DNA of 64,000 bases from Octopus vulgaris (Eukaryota). Both the position numbers and the translations under genes were made by a program. The DNA lies in assembly GCA_951406725.2 (NCBI GenBank), contig OX597814.1, positions 33,294,001 to 33,358,000 on the forward strand, given 5' to 3'. The notes below the pieces were generated by a model. The model made no database searches and had not been told where the DNA came from. It saw nothing but the letters and a program-made list of their open reading frames with translations. Positions 41,496-56,228 of the stretch are shown piece by piece. Numbering within the stretch: position 1 is the first letter of the stretch; each line of letters opens with the position of its first letter.

Positions 41496-43458
41496 AATAA
41501 CAACAACAAGAACAACAACAATAAAATAATAGTAATAAAAGTAATATGGATACTTATGATAAAACGCTTACAACAGTAACAGCAGTGACACAGGAGATAT
41601 TGGGAATCAAAAGAGACAAGAAAATAACAGAAGGGATAAAAAAAAAATGGCGACAGTGAAAACAAAAATACAGTTGTTCCGACCTTATGTTCACACTTTC
41701 CTCTGGACATCAACATGATGGTCAGAAAAGATGAAAGCATTACAGCCATACATCACCAAAGAACAGGGAATACTCATGCCAGAAGCATTGTATGAAGAAA
41801 GAATGGTAAATGTAATTATGTTCAGAAGCATTTCCCTCAGGAGAATGTGACACCTATGCGAGATTTCGAAGATATATCTATGCTGGATATTAAATCATGT
41901 ATTAGCCATGATAGGAAAGAGGCTGATCTCTTTTAGGTGGATGCAAGTTTTCATTTGGTAGTACAAGTGTATGAAGAGAGTAGTGTGTGGCCGAAAATAC
42001 CTTGCTGGAGTTAAAGGATTTGTGAAAGTCAGGGCAGTGGTAGCAGTGGTGGTAGTAGTGGCATAAGTGAAGTATCGACTTGCTATGGCTTTGACAAATA
42101 CTTTCGGGAAGTTGATGGAGGTCAACACAGAAAAATATGAAGACTAACATGAGATGGACCTTTATATTGACGTAACGGTAGCAAAGAAGAATGCTGGGCT
42201 ATTCTGGATATTCTTCATTGATGGATATGAAAGGAGATTAATGAATCGCTAACTGTAAAAGTAACAATAAACACAAAATCAGTGAAATCAACCCTAAACT
42301 ACTATAAAGCAGACTCACGAAAAAGTCAGTAAACAATAAACGTTGTCTTTAGATGATGTCATACATCGTTGCATGTTGATGTTACATCAGAGAAGAAGTC
42401 CCTTGGATAAATACTGATGTTTTACACATACGTACATTCATTCTCACACGTATCTGTGTGTTAGAAAATAATAAAAGACGAAAATGCGCTATTTCTTTTA
42501 TGTTGCAATAGATTAATTTCAAAGTACATTATTACAATCAAATTGCTTCAAAACGTAATAATATGTATCCAAAAAGAAATTAACGCAATGAACTCATTTC
42601 AATATATATTATTACAAATTCCAAAATATTATAACGTATCCAGAATATATTTCTACAGTTAAGACATGTTCTCGATTACGTACCTCAAAGTTCATTTTAA
42701 CGTACAAATCGTTTCAAGATATATTATTAACGACTGTAATGCACATTATTAAATATTATAAAGTATATAATTACACACCGGTTTCACTTCTCATGGGAAT
42801 CATTCATTCTAATGTACGTATGTAATGGCAAGCTCCAAGCCATCTTTTAATATACAGTGTATCTACCGAAAGTAACGTCGTTATAAACTCACTAGGTTAC
42901 AAGGGAGGTAATATTATGTTGGTAGACCCAAATTAAGAAGAGATATAAATTCTTTTCCTTTATCTATTTAAAAAGATGTGGGAAAATGTATTTTATAAAT
43001 ATCGATAAATGAATGAAAAGTAAATGTCGACAGCTGACTAAAGGTTTAAATTTGATTCATCCATTTCAATTATAGGAAAGGTTTATATTGATAGCAATAA
43101 TCATTGACAGAAACGCAGAGAAACAGGATAAAACAATAAAGAGCCAAACTATGGGAATTGCAGTAACAAGTTTTGTACCATGAAAAACATTAAGCCTTTT
43201 AGATCTCATCAAATGGGTGTGTGATAAGGTAATTTTTCGTTATAGGTTTATGACATTTTGTCAAGATTACAAACTAAAGTGCGACTATTGAAGCTGTAAC
43301 GAAAGGAAAAATATAACAAATTGGCAATTTTTATGCAGAGGAATACACAAGCATACACATGTATGTATGTTTGTATGTATGTATGTATGTATGTATGTAT
43401 GTATGTATGCATGTATGTATGTATGTATGTATGTATGTATACACACGCAAACGCACAT

Positions 43459-43517
<59 letters not shown>

Positions 43518-43529
43518 AACTAATCATGT

Positions 43530-43681
43530 ACTCTCTTTTACTATTTTACTCTTTTACTTGTTTCAGTCATTTGACTGTCGCCATGCTGGAACGCCGCCTT
43601 TAGTCGAGTAAATCGACCCCAGGACTTATTCGGTTGTCAAGCAATGTTGGGGGGACAAACACAGATACACAAACACACACA

Positions 43682-43733
<52 letters not shown>

Positions 43734-43905
43734 TACGACGGTCTTCTTTCAGTTTCCGTCTACCAAATTCACTCACAAGGCTTTGGTCGGCCCGAGGCTA
43801 TAGTAGAAGACAGTTGCCCAAGGTGCCCAAGGTGCCACACAGTGGGACTGAACCTAGAACCATATCGTTGGTAAGCAAGCTATTTACAACACAGCCAATC
43901 CTACT
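43530..43905 (-). mobile_element. SINE family A with an internal deletion
   Basis: Matches the family; GACTTATT joined directly to CGGTTGTC. Confidence 0.9.
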
Positions 43906-43909
43906 CTAA

Positions 43910-44420
43910 AGAAAATTACTTGCTAACTGATACCCAGCAAGGTTTCCGACCAGGACGAAGCACTCTGACACAGCTCTTACAACACTAGGACTGGGTGTTG
44001 AAACTTTTGCATAGCCGCTCATATATTGATGTGATACATCTCGACTTTGCGAAGGTCTTCAATAAAGTCGATCATGGAATGATATGTCGCAAACTGCGTG
44101 ATCTCAATATAGTCGGAAAACTAGGAAAGTAGCTAAATGATCTTTTGAATGACAGAAATCAGTTAGTAGCGGCCAAATACAAGAAGTGAGTGGTCTCTCA
44201 CAGTGCACTGTCTTGGGGCTGCGTCTGTTCAAAGTGGCCTTCTCAGGTATGCCCTCATCTATACAGAGAGCTACCCTGAAGGAGTTGAAAACGCTTTATG
44301 TACGGTAGTAGATGTCTTCAAAACAAAATGGATCTCCTACTGTCAAGAGTCCCAGATAAGCTAAAGTCGCGGTAGGAAGATGGGCTGAGGGTAGCAACAT
44401 CTAATTCTCTCGTTCACTAA
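43910..44420 (+). mobile_element. CR1/Jockey-like LINE RT fragment
   Basis: IDVIHLDFAKVFNKVDHGMICRKL; SGLSQCTVLGLRLF (SGVPQGSVLGPLLF motif). Confidence 0.85.
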
Positions 44421-44686
44421 ATGCCAAAAGGAGGATAAAAGGTGTTGAAGCAACACCAGTTAGTAGTGCCCCAGCATGGACAAGGACCTCGAGCTGAAAC
44501 TGATAAAAGTGTAAAGTGCATATAACTCCACACTCGTATATGAGGTGTGGTGACTTAAACATATATGGCCATGTGTTTGTGTGTGTGTAATTACACACAC
44601 ATATATAGAGAGAGAGAGAGTCAGACAGATACAGAAAGATAGATAGACAGAGAGAAAGAAAGTTTTATAAATATATATATATGCAT

Positions 44687-44744
<58 letters not shown>

Positions 44745-44792
44745 TTCAGAGATTTATTATCGCTTATATATATATATATATATATATGGAAT

Positions 44793-45300
44793 TATATACG
44801 AAAGAAGGTTTGAAAATGCAATTTAAAAGATATTTATTTACTTTACCGGTTTTACTCTTTGGAAAAAGATTATCAAAAGTAACATGTGGAAGTTTGGTTG
44901 CGTTATTATTTCTGCTAAAACGGACAGGTCAGTAACAACCTCGCCACTACATTAATGTAAATCTTTTTGAATTCATAATATTCTGTCATGAACTTTTTTA
45001 ATAATTCCTCCTGGAAATTACCCTGAGATGTATAATATATTTGTTTTAATCTTTTCTGCCCATTTTTTCAATGAGCTTGTTAAACCTCTTTATATTCTCA
45101 ACATACTGTTGTACTTTTTTATGTCCTTAACATGTCCCTGTTTCCAAAGACTGTGTATATATTTGTAATGTAGCAATTTGCAACAACCAATAATTAACGC
45201 AACCAAACTTCCACATGTTACTTTTGATAATCTTTTTCCAAAGAGTGAAACCGGTAAAGTAAATAAACATCTTTTAAATTGCATTTTCAAACCTTCTTTC

Positions 45301-45308
<8 letters not shown>
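44793..45308. mobile_element. Fold-back element in (TA)n (arms 44793-44905 / 45195-45308) with hammerhead-like motif at 45218-45262
   Basis: About 113-bp inverted arms; TTACTT-TTGATAA-tcttt ttcc aaaga gt-GAAAC-CG-GTA-AAGTAA. Confidence 0.8.
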
Positions 45309-45345
<37 letters not shown>

Positions 45346-46224
45346 CGCACAAAAATACACATACAGACATATATGCACGCTCGAGTATATATATATATAC
45401 ATATACATATATGTATGTATATATATAAAATAAAATACAAAATGGGACAAGAACGCAAAACATCCGGACGTATACACACACACTAACATACACAAACACA
45501 GGTACAAGACGAAAGAGAATAGTGAAGGGAAAAGGAAAATGAGAGAATTATAAATTGCCTCTGAATAAACAAGAAAAATGAAAACCGATAAATATAATAA
45601 TACAAAGCAGAAAGAAGTATTCTATTAAATCTAACTTAAAATTACTTCCGGCAAGCAAATAAATAACGAACTGAAATAAAGTGGAAGGGATAAAGTAAAA
45701 GCGGTAAGGGAGAGGGAATGACGGAATGGAGAACTAAATGAAGGAGAATGAAAGTGTCATCATTTCTAGACTTGGGAGTATTCTTCGAGCTTTTATAGCA
45801 ACCTACGGTTATTCGGTTATTCGGTTATTCTAGTTTTGTAACGTTGAGATGTGATATGCAAATCTATATGCATGTGCATATGCGTGTGCGTGTGTGTGTG
45901 AATGTGTGTATGTGAGTGTATGTGCGAGTGTGTATATAAAGGCGTATATGGAAGTGTATATATATATATATATATATGTGCGTGTGTGTGTATGTGTGTA
46001 TGTATATGTGTATGTATGTATGTATATATGTATATATGTATATATACATATATTAATATATAGGCATAATATAGATAACATTGTACACACAGATACATTG
46101 AAATAAATAGATCGATCGATCAATAGATACATACATATGTGTGTATATATATACACTACTATATATATATATGTTTGTGTGTGTGTTTGTGTGTGTGTAT
46201 GTATGTATTATGAATATATTTATG

Positions 46225-46726
46225 CTGTAACCTGTGTGTGCAGTGAGGTGGGAAAGAAAGCATGGTGATGCCATTGTCTGAGGCGTAAGTCAGCCCCTCG
46301 ATACTAAGGTCGGAATCGTGATTGTCCAGCAAGAGACTGCTTTGAACATTTCACATTCCTCACAAAGTGTTGAAGGAATTTCACAAACTGCTCCTCACAC
46401 ATCCAACCAGATAGATTAGCACCTCCATCGCTGCCATCATGGTCCATTGTTCAGGAAATGTGGCCTAAAGTTCTTCCGAGGAAAAACAAAAAACGGTGGC
46501 ATGCTGTATCCAGCGGCATTTACACAGCATGACAAATGTGACCAGAGTTCCCCTCTCCGCACTTGTCACCCCCCCCCCCCTTGGTTTGTACCTTTTCTGG
46601 CAATAATTCTATCGGGGCGCTGCACAGTTGTTATGCCAGTTTCATCCATGTTGTAGATATTGAATGGATCAAATTTATACCGAAGCATCACCTCAGCAAG
46701 TTGGTTGAAAAACATAGCAACATTTG

Positions 46727-46769
<43 letters not shown>

Positions 46770-47784
46770 CTGTCTATCTTTCCCTATCTCTGTCTTTCTC
46801 AGTGTCTTGTTCTTTCATGATGTTTCATTTTCGTGCCACCATCATCATCAACATAACTACCATCGTCATCATCATCATCGTCGTCATCATCATCATCATC
46901 ATCATCATCTTCGTCACCATATCTATTAAAACTTCCCTCATCAACACCGCGCCATATCATCAACTACGTCAATCGTTCCTGGCCTGTGGTCCGCGGACCC
47001 CTGGTGATCTGCAAATGTAGTACTGATTGTGGGGAGTCCGTGGACTAAATTATATATATGTATATATATGTATAAACGGTGGCATGATGTATCCAGCGGC
47101 ATTTACACAGCATGACAAATGTGAACAGAGTTCCCCTCTCCGCACTTGTCATTTTCCTCCCTTGCTTTGTTCCTTTTTCTGGCAATAATTCTATCGGGGG
47201 CTGAACAGTTGTTACGCCAGTTTCATCCATGTTGTAGATATTGAATGGATCAAATTTATACCGAAGCATCACCTCAGCAAGTTGGTTGAAAAACATAGCA
47301 ACATTTGTCTTGTTGAAACTTGTTGCTCGTGCCAAGCTTGTTGCCTGTGGACTTCTTATGGATAAGTTCTTGTGTCGTTGAAGATATCCAGAGAACCAGT
47401 CTTCACCTGCCATTTCTGTCTCACGCCAGGTTGGAGGGATATTACATCCATGTGCCTTTGCCATCTGAAAAGCCAATTTCCGCACATCCTTTGGAGCAAG
47501 CCCATAGTAAATTTCTGCGGCAGCACAAAACATAAGCCTCTAACTGATTCTCGAACTTGTCGGCGAGAACTTGCCGTGGTATTTTGTATCCACAAAGACA
47601 GTGATCGTTGTTGTTTGCTTCAGCGGCCTTGGTGCAGTAGCGAGACAGATTTTAAAGGGATGCCAAATGTCCTCGAAGCTTCCCGCAAGGAGATGACACG
47701 AGCTCGTACCTGTTGAATAGCCTGTTGGTTTACATCCTGTGGAAGGGTTGCCCTCTCGGTTTTGCATTTGTAGTGTCGCACCAT
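46225..47784 (-). pseudogene. pogo/CENP-B-like DDE transposase, frameshifted and split by a duplication/insertion
   Basis: AGEDWFSGYLQRHKNLSIR, IYNMDETG, TSAERG, LLDNHDS, SFPPHCTHRLQ motifs; ATG at 47784. Confidence 0.92.
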
Positions 47785-47913
47785 GACAATTGTAGATCTA
47801 GGTCAGTAAAGAGAGAGAGAGAGAGAGGGGGAGAAAAAAAGCAATTTAGCTCATTGCATAATCAAACAGTGAAAGCAAAACGAAGCTCTGAGTGTTTACA
47901 TATATATATATAT

Positions 47914-47976
<63 letters not shown>

Positions 47977-47985
47977 CATATATAT

Positions 47986-48035
<50 letters not shown>

Positions 48036-48469
48036 GTTAGTGCATAAATACACACATATACATAGATATATTCATACATACAAATCAGCTAACGATATAG
48101 TATTATGCATTATACACGCGTAACTTACAACATATATAGAGAAATGTTTTAATGTTTTATACGGACATAAAAGACTTTAATGACTCTCTAAGACACACAC
48201 ACGCGCGCGCGCGCGCGCGCACATATATATATATATATATACACGCTCACACACAGGCACGCACATACATACACATGCACAAATGCTCACAAGGACGCAA
48301 ACATACAGACACGTAATTAGTAAAACCAAAAACAAGCAATACAGAAGACATAAACAGCGGGTGGAGGGGAAAGATACCCCGTTTTCGCTTGTGTTAGCAG
48401 CATGCTGGTGTATTGCCCAGAACCTTTCTTTTCTTCTTTTCTTCTTTCTTTCCGATAGGAAGATATATA

Positions 48470-49190
48470 GATAGAGAGATAGATAGATAAAGAGAGAGAG
48501 AAAGAGAGAAACAGACAGACAGGCAGATGAAGAGAGGAGAGAGAAAGGAGATAGAGAGAAAGAGAGATAGACAGAGACAGACAGACAGACTGACAGAGAG
48601 ACAAACACATACATGCATGCATCGATAGATAGAGAGAGAGAGACAAACAGACAAACAGATAGACAGACAGACAGATAGATAAAGAGAGAGGGAGAAAGAG
48701 GAGAGAGAAAGACAGACATACAGAGACCGACAGGCAGACAGACAGACAGACGGACAGACAGACAGAAAGACAGACAGACAGACAGACAGACAGATAAAGA
48801 GAGAGGGAGAAAGGTTAGAGAGAAAGAGAGAGAAAGACAGGCAGAGACAGAAAGACAGACTGACAGACAGGCAGGCATGCAGGACGGCAGATAGACAGAT
48901 AGATAGATAGAGTGAGAGAGGGGGAGAGAAAGAAGAGAGAGCGAAAGAGAGAGAGAAAGACAGACAGACAGGCAGGAAGGCAGATAGATAGAGAGAGAGA
49001 GAGGGAGAGAAAGAAGAGAGAGAGAAAGACAGACAGGCAGGCAGGCAGGAAGGCAGTTAGATAGAGAGAGAGGGAGAGAAAGAAGAGAGAGCGAACGAGA
49101 TAGAGAAAGACAGACAGACAGACAGATGACAGAGACAGAGAGACAGACAAACACATGCAAGCATAGATGAATTGAGAGAGAGAGAGAGAG
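48470..49190. repeat. Degenerate purine-rich AG/AGAC/AGAT/AGGC repeat field
   Basis: Directly visible; produces the spurious 327-aa ORF. Confidence 0.95.
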
Positions 49191-49529
49191 TGGTGGGGAG
49201 AGAGAAAGGCGATATCATTGCTTGGCCGCTGTGTAATGTCCAGTGAAAAGATTAAAAGAATCTAGTTAGGAAAAGAAAGAGGAAAACAAAGACAAAGAGT
49301 TAGAATGGAAATATAAGCGGGAGAAAGAACATATAGTTTTAAGAGAGGGAAAACAGGAATAGAAACTGGAAGAACAGTGGAAGTAAGAGGGATAGAAAGT
49401 AAAAAAAGAAAGAGGGATGAGGAAGGGGAGTGACGGACGTGTAATATGTATTTCTGACTCTGTAAGAACGTGTGCATCTGCATGATATAATGTGTGCTTC
49501 AGAAATGTGTGTGTGTGAATTTGTGTGCG

Positions 49530-49560
<31 letters not shown>

Positions 49561-49577
49561 ATAAGAGTGTATGCGTG

Positions 49578-49615
<38 letters not shown>

Positions 49616-49854
49616 GGTGTGTGTGTCTGTGTATGCGTAATATGTCTGTGTGTATATACCTGTGCCATACGGGATTTCATGTACGTACGTACGTACGTCT
49701 TGTATGCACATACGTACGTCTTGTATGTACATACGTACACACATAGGAATGTGTGTACGTATGCACAGACCGACAGATAGATAGATAGATAGATAGATAG
49801 ATTTCCATTATATATAAAATTCATGCATGCACGTGCTATATATATATATGTATA

Positions 49855-49962
<108 letters not shown>

Positions 49963-50629
49963 TGTATGTACACGTACACACACATATATACATGCATACA
50001 TATACATTTCACATATAAACATTTTACCATTACATGGTAAAATGTTTTTATTTTTTTCATTTCGTTCCTGTCGACTTTTATCCCTAATTTTGTGGTTATA
50101 GAACCTAGCTGTTCTTTTTAGCGTGTTGAAACCCACGAGTGGATACCTTATGTGTTTAAATGTACACTGTATTTTATATATATGCATGTATGTATGTATA
50201 TGCATATATATATATATGAACATACATATACACAACCACGTACGTATATTCCACTACTAGTACACCTGTGTGTTTTTGTTCAGTAGCAGGTGTGCACGTA
50301 TGTATATATGCGTGTATATACATGCAAAAGCCTACTACATATGCGGTTATGCGTTTGTGTATATGCGTATGTGCCCTAGAGATGTAACAAATTCTCTGTA
50401 CTAGTTTTGATAATTAATCTAGTTTGCCGCTTTACGACTCTGTTCTTGCAAATGTTGTGTGGTGTGGTCGTGTCCGCCAGGTTACATGTAAAGCGCTAGG
50501 TGAGGATGACTGCCTCAAGTGACATTTGCAGCTAACTGTATAATGTTTCTTTCTTCCTCACATATATCCTCCCTTCTATGTTCTGTCAGCCCTCACGTCC
50601 TACCTCCCTTCTACCTCTTTTTCCCTCTG

Positions 50630-50668
<39 letters not shown>

Positions 50669-50865
50669 CTGTCTATCTTTCCCTATCTCTGTCTCTCTCA
50701 GTGTCTTGTTCTTTCATGATGTTTCATTTTCGTGCCACCATCATCATCAACATAACTACCATCATCATCATCTTCATCGTCATTATCATCATCATCATCA
50801 TCATCTTCGTCACCATATCTATTAAAACTTCCCTCATCAACACCGCGCCATCTCATCAACTACGC

Positions 50866-51439
50866 CAATCGTTCCTGGCCTGTGGTCCGCGGACCCCTGG
50901 TGGTCTGCAAATGTAGTACTGATTGTGGGGAGTCCGTGGACTAAATTAAAAATTTCATATGTGTGGCAGTTAGGTAAGTAGCTTGCTTGTCAACCACATG
51001 GTCACGGGTTCAGTCCCACTGCGTGGCACCTTGGGCAAGTGTCTTCTGCTATAGACTCGGGCTGACCAAAGCATTATGGGTGGATTTGATAGACGGAAAC
51101 TGAAAGAAGCCCGTCGTATATATGTATGTGTGTGTGAGTCTGTGTGTGTATATGTTTGTGTGTCTGTGTTTGTACCCCCTCCATTGTTTGACAACCGATG
51201 TTGGTGTGTTTACGTCTAAAGAGACTGATAGAATAAGTACTAGGCTTACAAGGAATAAGTCCTGAGATCGATTTGTTCGACTAAAGGCGGTGCTCCAACA
51301 TGGCCGCAGTCAAATGACTGAATAGAAAAAAATATATATGTACATACATACATATAATATAAGTATATTAAAAGGAATCTGTGAGAAAACTCATTTAAAT
51401 GAAAGGGGGCGTTGTAGGGGAAAAGATTGGGAAACACTA
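50866..51439. mobile_element. hAT (Charlie-like) MITE interrupted by SINE A
   Basis: Ends CAATCGTTCCTGGCCTGTGGTCCGCGGACCCC and AAGATTGGGAAACACTA; imperfect 8-bp TSD AACTACGC / AACTACAT. Confidence 0.7.
50963..51330 (+). mobile_element. SINE family A
   Basis: Matches the family. Confidence 0.9.
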
Positions 51440-51577
51440 AACTACATCATCATTATCATCATCATCACTTCTTCAAGCAGCAAAGTCATCTTCATCACCA
51501 ACATCATCATCTCATTATCTTCATCACCAACATCATCATCTCATCATCATAAGAATCATTATTATTATTCCCATAAA

Positions 51578-52017
51578 CCGACGAGCTGGCAGAATCGTTC
51601 GCACGTTGGACGAAATGCTAAGCGGTATTTTGCCCGGCGAGCTGGCAGAAACGTTAGCACGCCGGGCGAAATTTTGTCTGCTGCTACGTTCTGAGTTCAA
51701 ATTCCGCCGAGGTCGACTTTGCCTTTCATCCTTTCGAGGTCGATTAAATAAGTACCAGTTAAGCACTGTGGTCGATATAATGGACTTAATCCGTTTGTCT
51801 GTCCTTGTTTGTCCTCTGTGTTTAGCCCCTTGTGGGTAGTAAAGAAATAGGTATTTCGCCCGTCGCAACGTTCTGAGTTCAAATTCCGCTGAGGTCGACT
51901 TTGCCTCTCATTCTTTCGGGATGGATAAATTAAGTACCAATTGCGTACTGGGGTCGATCTAATCGACTATCCCCGTCCCCCAAATTTCAGGCCTTGTGCC
52001 TATAATAGAAAGGATTA
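51578..52017 (+). mobile_element. SINE B multimer (duplicated head plus two bodies)
   Basis: CGAGCTGGCAGAA twice; body repeated after AAATAGGTATTTCG. Confidence 0.9.
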
Positions 52018-52422
52018 GTATTGTTTTAAACTTAATAGACTTTTTCTACTCTGAGAATTTTTCTTCTTCCCATTCTGTTACTTTCTGTTAGGCTTGTTGC
52101 GTTATATTATACACACACATATATATAAATGTATGTATATATACACACACATATATATAAATGTATGTATATATACACACACACACATACACATGAAGAC
52201 CCACTTCATATATGTATGCATGTTTATGTATATAACATTCGTGTTGTGTATATATGCGCTTGCATGTGTGTGTGTGCGTGTGTGTGTATGTCTGCTTATG
52301 AATTTGTATATACATTTGTGTGTATGCCTAGCTTAAATTCGCTGCCCTGCAATGTTTACTAGACTGTTATACCTGCTCATGCACTCACTCATGTATGGTT
52401 AAATTTATGCCTACATATCCAT

Positions 52423-52482
<60 letters not shown>

Positions 52483-52559
52483 GCAGGCAGGCAGGCAGGC
52501 AGGCAGAGAGACAGACAGATACATACATACATACATACATACATACATACATACATACA

Positions 52560-52590
<31 letters not shown>

Positions 52591-52694
52591 GCACACATTC
52601 ATTCATGCATACATACATACATACACACGTACATAGAACTATAGAATGAGATACGAGTTTTCTTGCGATCACAAGCATATAACTATACATACGT

Positions 52695-52731
<37 letters not shown>

Positions 52732-52825
52732 CATATATATATACATATATATATATACACACACGCACATATGTATATATACATACATACATAATTTGCA
52801 TATACACACGCGGGCGCATACTACG

Positions 52826-52868
<43 letters not shown>

Positions 52869-53081
52869 GCGTATGTGTGAAGAAAGCCATCTACAGGCTT
52901 GTGTTGTGTATGTATTTGTGTGTACACATACATATATACATGTATATGCATATACAACATATGTACACACACATATTCACGTATACTTTTATCACTTCAC
53001 ACCTCCTGTATCATCATCATCATCATCAACGGTCGTTATCATTGCTATCATTATTATTGTTATTATTATTATTATTGTTGC

Positions 53082-53115
<34 letters not shown>

Positions 53116-53502
53116 CAGCTCGTCTTCATCTCTCCAGTCTCAGCACTCATCCCAGCACTCACTTCACACTTCTGAACTGGCTCTGGGGCAAGTGCTTGTT
53201 TGATCATCCGAACGCTGTAGCACATATAGCGCATCGAATAGGTTGTCGGGGGTTTTTGGCAAGTTCCTAGTTCTCACGTTATTGCTTCTGCCGTCGGTAA
53301 CGCATCCGAGCAAAGGGCACATAAAGGTCACTGCTTCAGTTATGGAGCTGAACCAATGTTTATGGCGTCGAATATTTTAGAATATTCATTCTGCGATGCC
53401 GTTGCCACGGTTACTAGCATAACCGCATCACCGCTTCAAAACAAAACCGCAGCGATTTGTAATTCATTAGCGCATCTCTTTTTGAGTGAGTGAGTGTGTG
53501 CG

Positions 53503-53541
<39 letters not shown>

Positions 53542-53566
53542 ACACACACACACTCACACACACACT

Positions 53567-53606
<40 letters not shown>

Positions 53607-53887
53607 ACATTGTAGGAGTTAACTGTATTTGGTCGTAAATTGAGGTTTTACGTTTCCGATTATTCCAACCATTAACAGAAAAGCAAAGGGGAGAGATATA
53701 AACGATTCTTTGCATAAATACAAAAATCACGTATATACATCTATGCGTATACACAAGCACTTAACATGCATGTATGTGTGTGTGTGTGTGTGTGTGTACG
53801 TTTGTGTGGCTGTGTCTCTGTGCGTAGTACTGTAATATATGTATATATGTAGGAGGGTGTGTGTGTGTGTGTGCATGTATATATATT

Positions 53888-54292
53888 CTCTTTTACTCTT
53901 TTACTTGTTTCAGTCATTTGACTGCGGTCATGCTGGAGCACCACCTTTAGTCGAGCAAATCGACCCGGGACTTATTCTTTGTAAGCCCAGTGCTTATTCT
54001 ATCGGTCTCTTTTTGCCGAACCGCTAAGTGACGGGGACGTAAACACACCAACATCGGTTGTCAAGCAATGCTAGGGGGACAAACACAGACACAAACATAC
54101 ACGCACACACACATATATATGTATATACATATATACGACGGGCTTCTTTCAGTTTTCGTCTACCAAATCCACTCACAAGGCATTGGTCGGCCCGAGGCTA
54201 TAGTAGAAGACAATTGCCCAATGTGCCACGCAGTGGGACTGAACCCGGAACCATGTGGTTGGTCAGCAAGCTACTTACCACACAGCCACTCC
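53888..54292 (-). mobile_element. SINE family A, full length
   Basis: Matches the family. Confidence 0.95.
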
Positions 54293-54787
54293 ATATATAT
54301 GCGTGTGTAAGTTTAGAAGTATATATTATCAGGCTGGGTATTGTGGTGGCTCTCATTTATGTTCCAGGTTACAGCTAACCGCATCGATCAGTATTTACTG
54401 TCTATGACTACTACGATATGTTGCTGACGCTGTAAGTTCTTTCGACGGCTAATTCTGTGTTCGCTTCTCTGGATGGTAATATTATCTGGAGTGTATATTA
54501 GAATTAGTCATAGCGAGAGAGAATATGGAGACTAGATCATCCTCAAAATTTATCTCCTTTTATCTTATATTTTCATACTGTATATCTTTATGGTTATTAC
54601 GACCTACACGTGATAGAGTATGGGCAGTTGTATATGCACTAGAAACACTAGTGTATATTCTAGAATACACTAGAAATATAGCCTCGGAAATAAGCCTGTC
54701 ACACGTGTGTGTGTGCGTGTATTTATGAGTATGTGTATGTATGTGTGTATATCTATGGGCATGTGTATCCATGTGCGTGTGTGAGTA

Positions 54788-54825
<38 letters not shown>

Positions 54826-54844
54826 TGTGGTGTGTGTGCTTGCT

Positions 54845-55035
54845 TGTCATTCTGTTTGTCCCCTACCAAAGCTGGACAAGTGTTCTATTTACATCCCTGT
54901 AACTTAACAACTCGGGTTAATAGAATAAGTACCAAAGTTAAAGGGAAAAAATGAGTCGATTTGTTCCACTAAACCCTTCCTTCAAAGCGATGGCCCAGCA
55001 TTGCCGCAGTCCAAAAACTGAAACAAATAGAAGAC
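54845..55035 (+). mobile_element. SINE family A tail half, diverged
   Basis: ATAGAATAAGTAC...GCCGCAGTCC...ACTGAAACAA. Confidence 0.7.
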
Positions 55036-55097
55036 ATACATACATACATACATACATACATACATACATACATACATACATACATACATACATAAAA

Positions 55098-56228
55098 AGG
55101 AATACCGGTGGAATGTACCAGTGAAGACCTCAATAAAATATAAACACAACAGACCTGATATAATTGTTTGGGATAGAGAAGAGAAACTGTGCACAGTTGT
55201 GGAAATTAGCTGCCGTGCAGATATTGGCATAAAGCTGAAGATCAGTGAAAAAAGAGAACACCTATTCTGAACTATTGAAAAATCTGCAGTTACTCTATCC
55301 AGATTACAAGTTCTAAATACCAATCTTGAGAAATTAGGCTTCTCAAAACCAGAAAGGAGAAAGCTAATTCGAAGACTACATACAATCCATCACTGGAACT
55401 GTAAAGATCTGTAAAACTTTCCAGAAGTTTATCATTTAAATGTATATGGGTATGTCTAGATATGCAACTATATGTATGAGAATACATACACAAAACATAC
55501 ACATCTGCACATACATACAAACAAAAGTCCTGTAATGTTGATGTTGAAATTCCAATGAAGAAACATTGAATCTAGGTTAGAAACCGGTTCTTTCTCTATT
55601 GGCAAGAAATATTGAAATAAACTGAATAATGACATACATACTATCATAAACATAAGAAACTTGACATAGGGATTTGGGACATAAAAGAGATACGGTGTAG
55701 AGTAAAGGACGTTAGCTGCCCAGCGGATGTTAACATTAGTCTAAAGATGAGCGAACAAGAAAATACCTATGCTCAGCTATTGAAAAATCTACAGTTGCCC
55801 ATTACAGATTACAAGTTTAGATTAATACTTGTAATTATAGGGCCACAGGGATATATAGCACATGCCGAATTACCATTCTTGAGAAATTAAGCTTCTCAAA
55901 ACCCGAAAGGAGCAAACTGATTAGAAGACTACAGCTCGAAGCCATCACCGGAACTGCAAATATATGTAAATCTTTAGAGAAGTTTACCATTTAAATTGAT
56001 ATGTGCATGACTAGACATGCGACTAAATGCATGAGAATACATACATAAAGCAAAACATACAAATCTGCGCATCCACTAACACCAGATGTTGCACACATGG
56101 GTGCGCGCGCAAAAGTATCTTGTTATTGTTGTTGAAATTCCAATAAAGGCGCCTTGAATCAGGGTTAGAAACCGACTACTTTTCTATTGATAAGATATCT
56201 TGAAATAAAACTGAATACATACATACAT
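55098..56228 (+). mobile_element. Two tandem 3' ends of an RLE-endonuclease LINE (about 55098-55641 and 55660-56228)
   Basis: WNVPVKTSIKYKHNRPDIIVWDREEKLCTVVEISC (PD-D/E motif); shared 3' UTR ending AAACTGAATA..(CATA)n. Confidence 0.82.

Noticed and set aside
41560-42250. Possible decayed LINE segment
   Set aside because: No motif clear enough to support a call
42775-42810. Minus-strand GAAAC-CG-GTG with a hairpin
   Set aside because: GUG triplet and no CUGA core
54645-54675. CTAGTGT...ACACTAG hairpin (similar one near 28980-29012)
   Set aside because: Short AT-rich stems with no supporting context; compatible with chance or local slippage
55550-55592. CCAATGA...GAAACCGGTT as a hammerhead
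   Set aside because: Non-canonical core, no stem I, not conserved in the second copy; it lies in the RLE LINE 3' UTR
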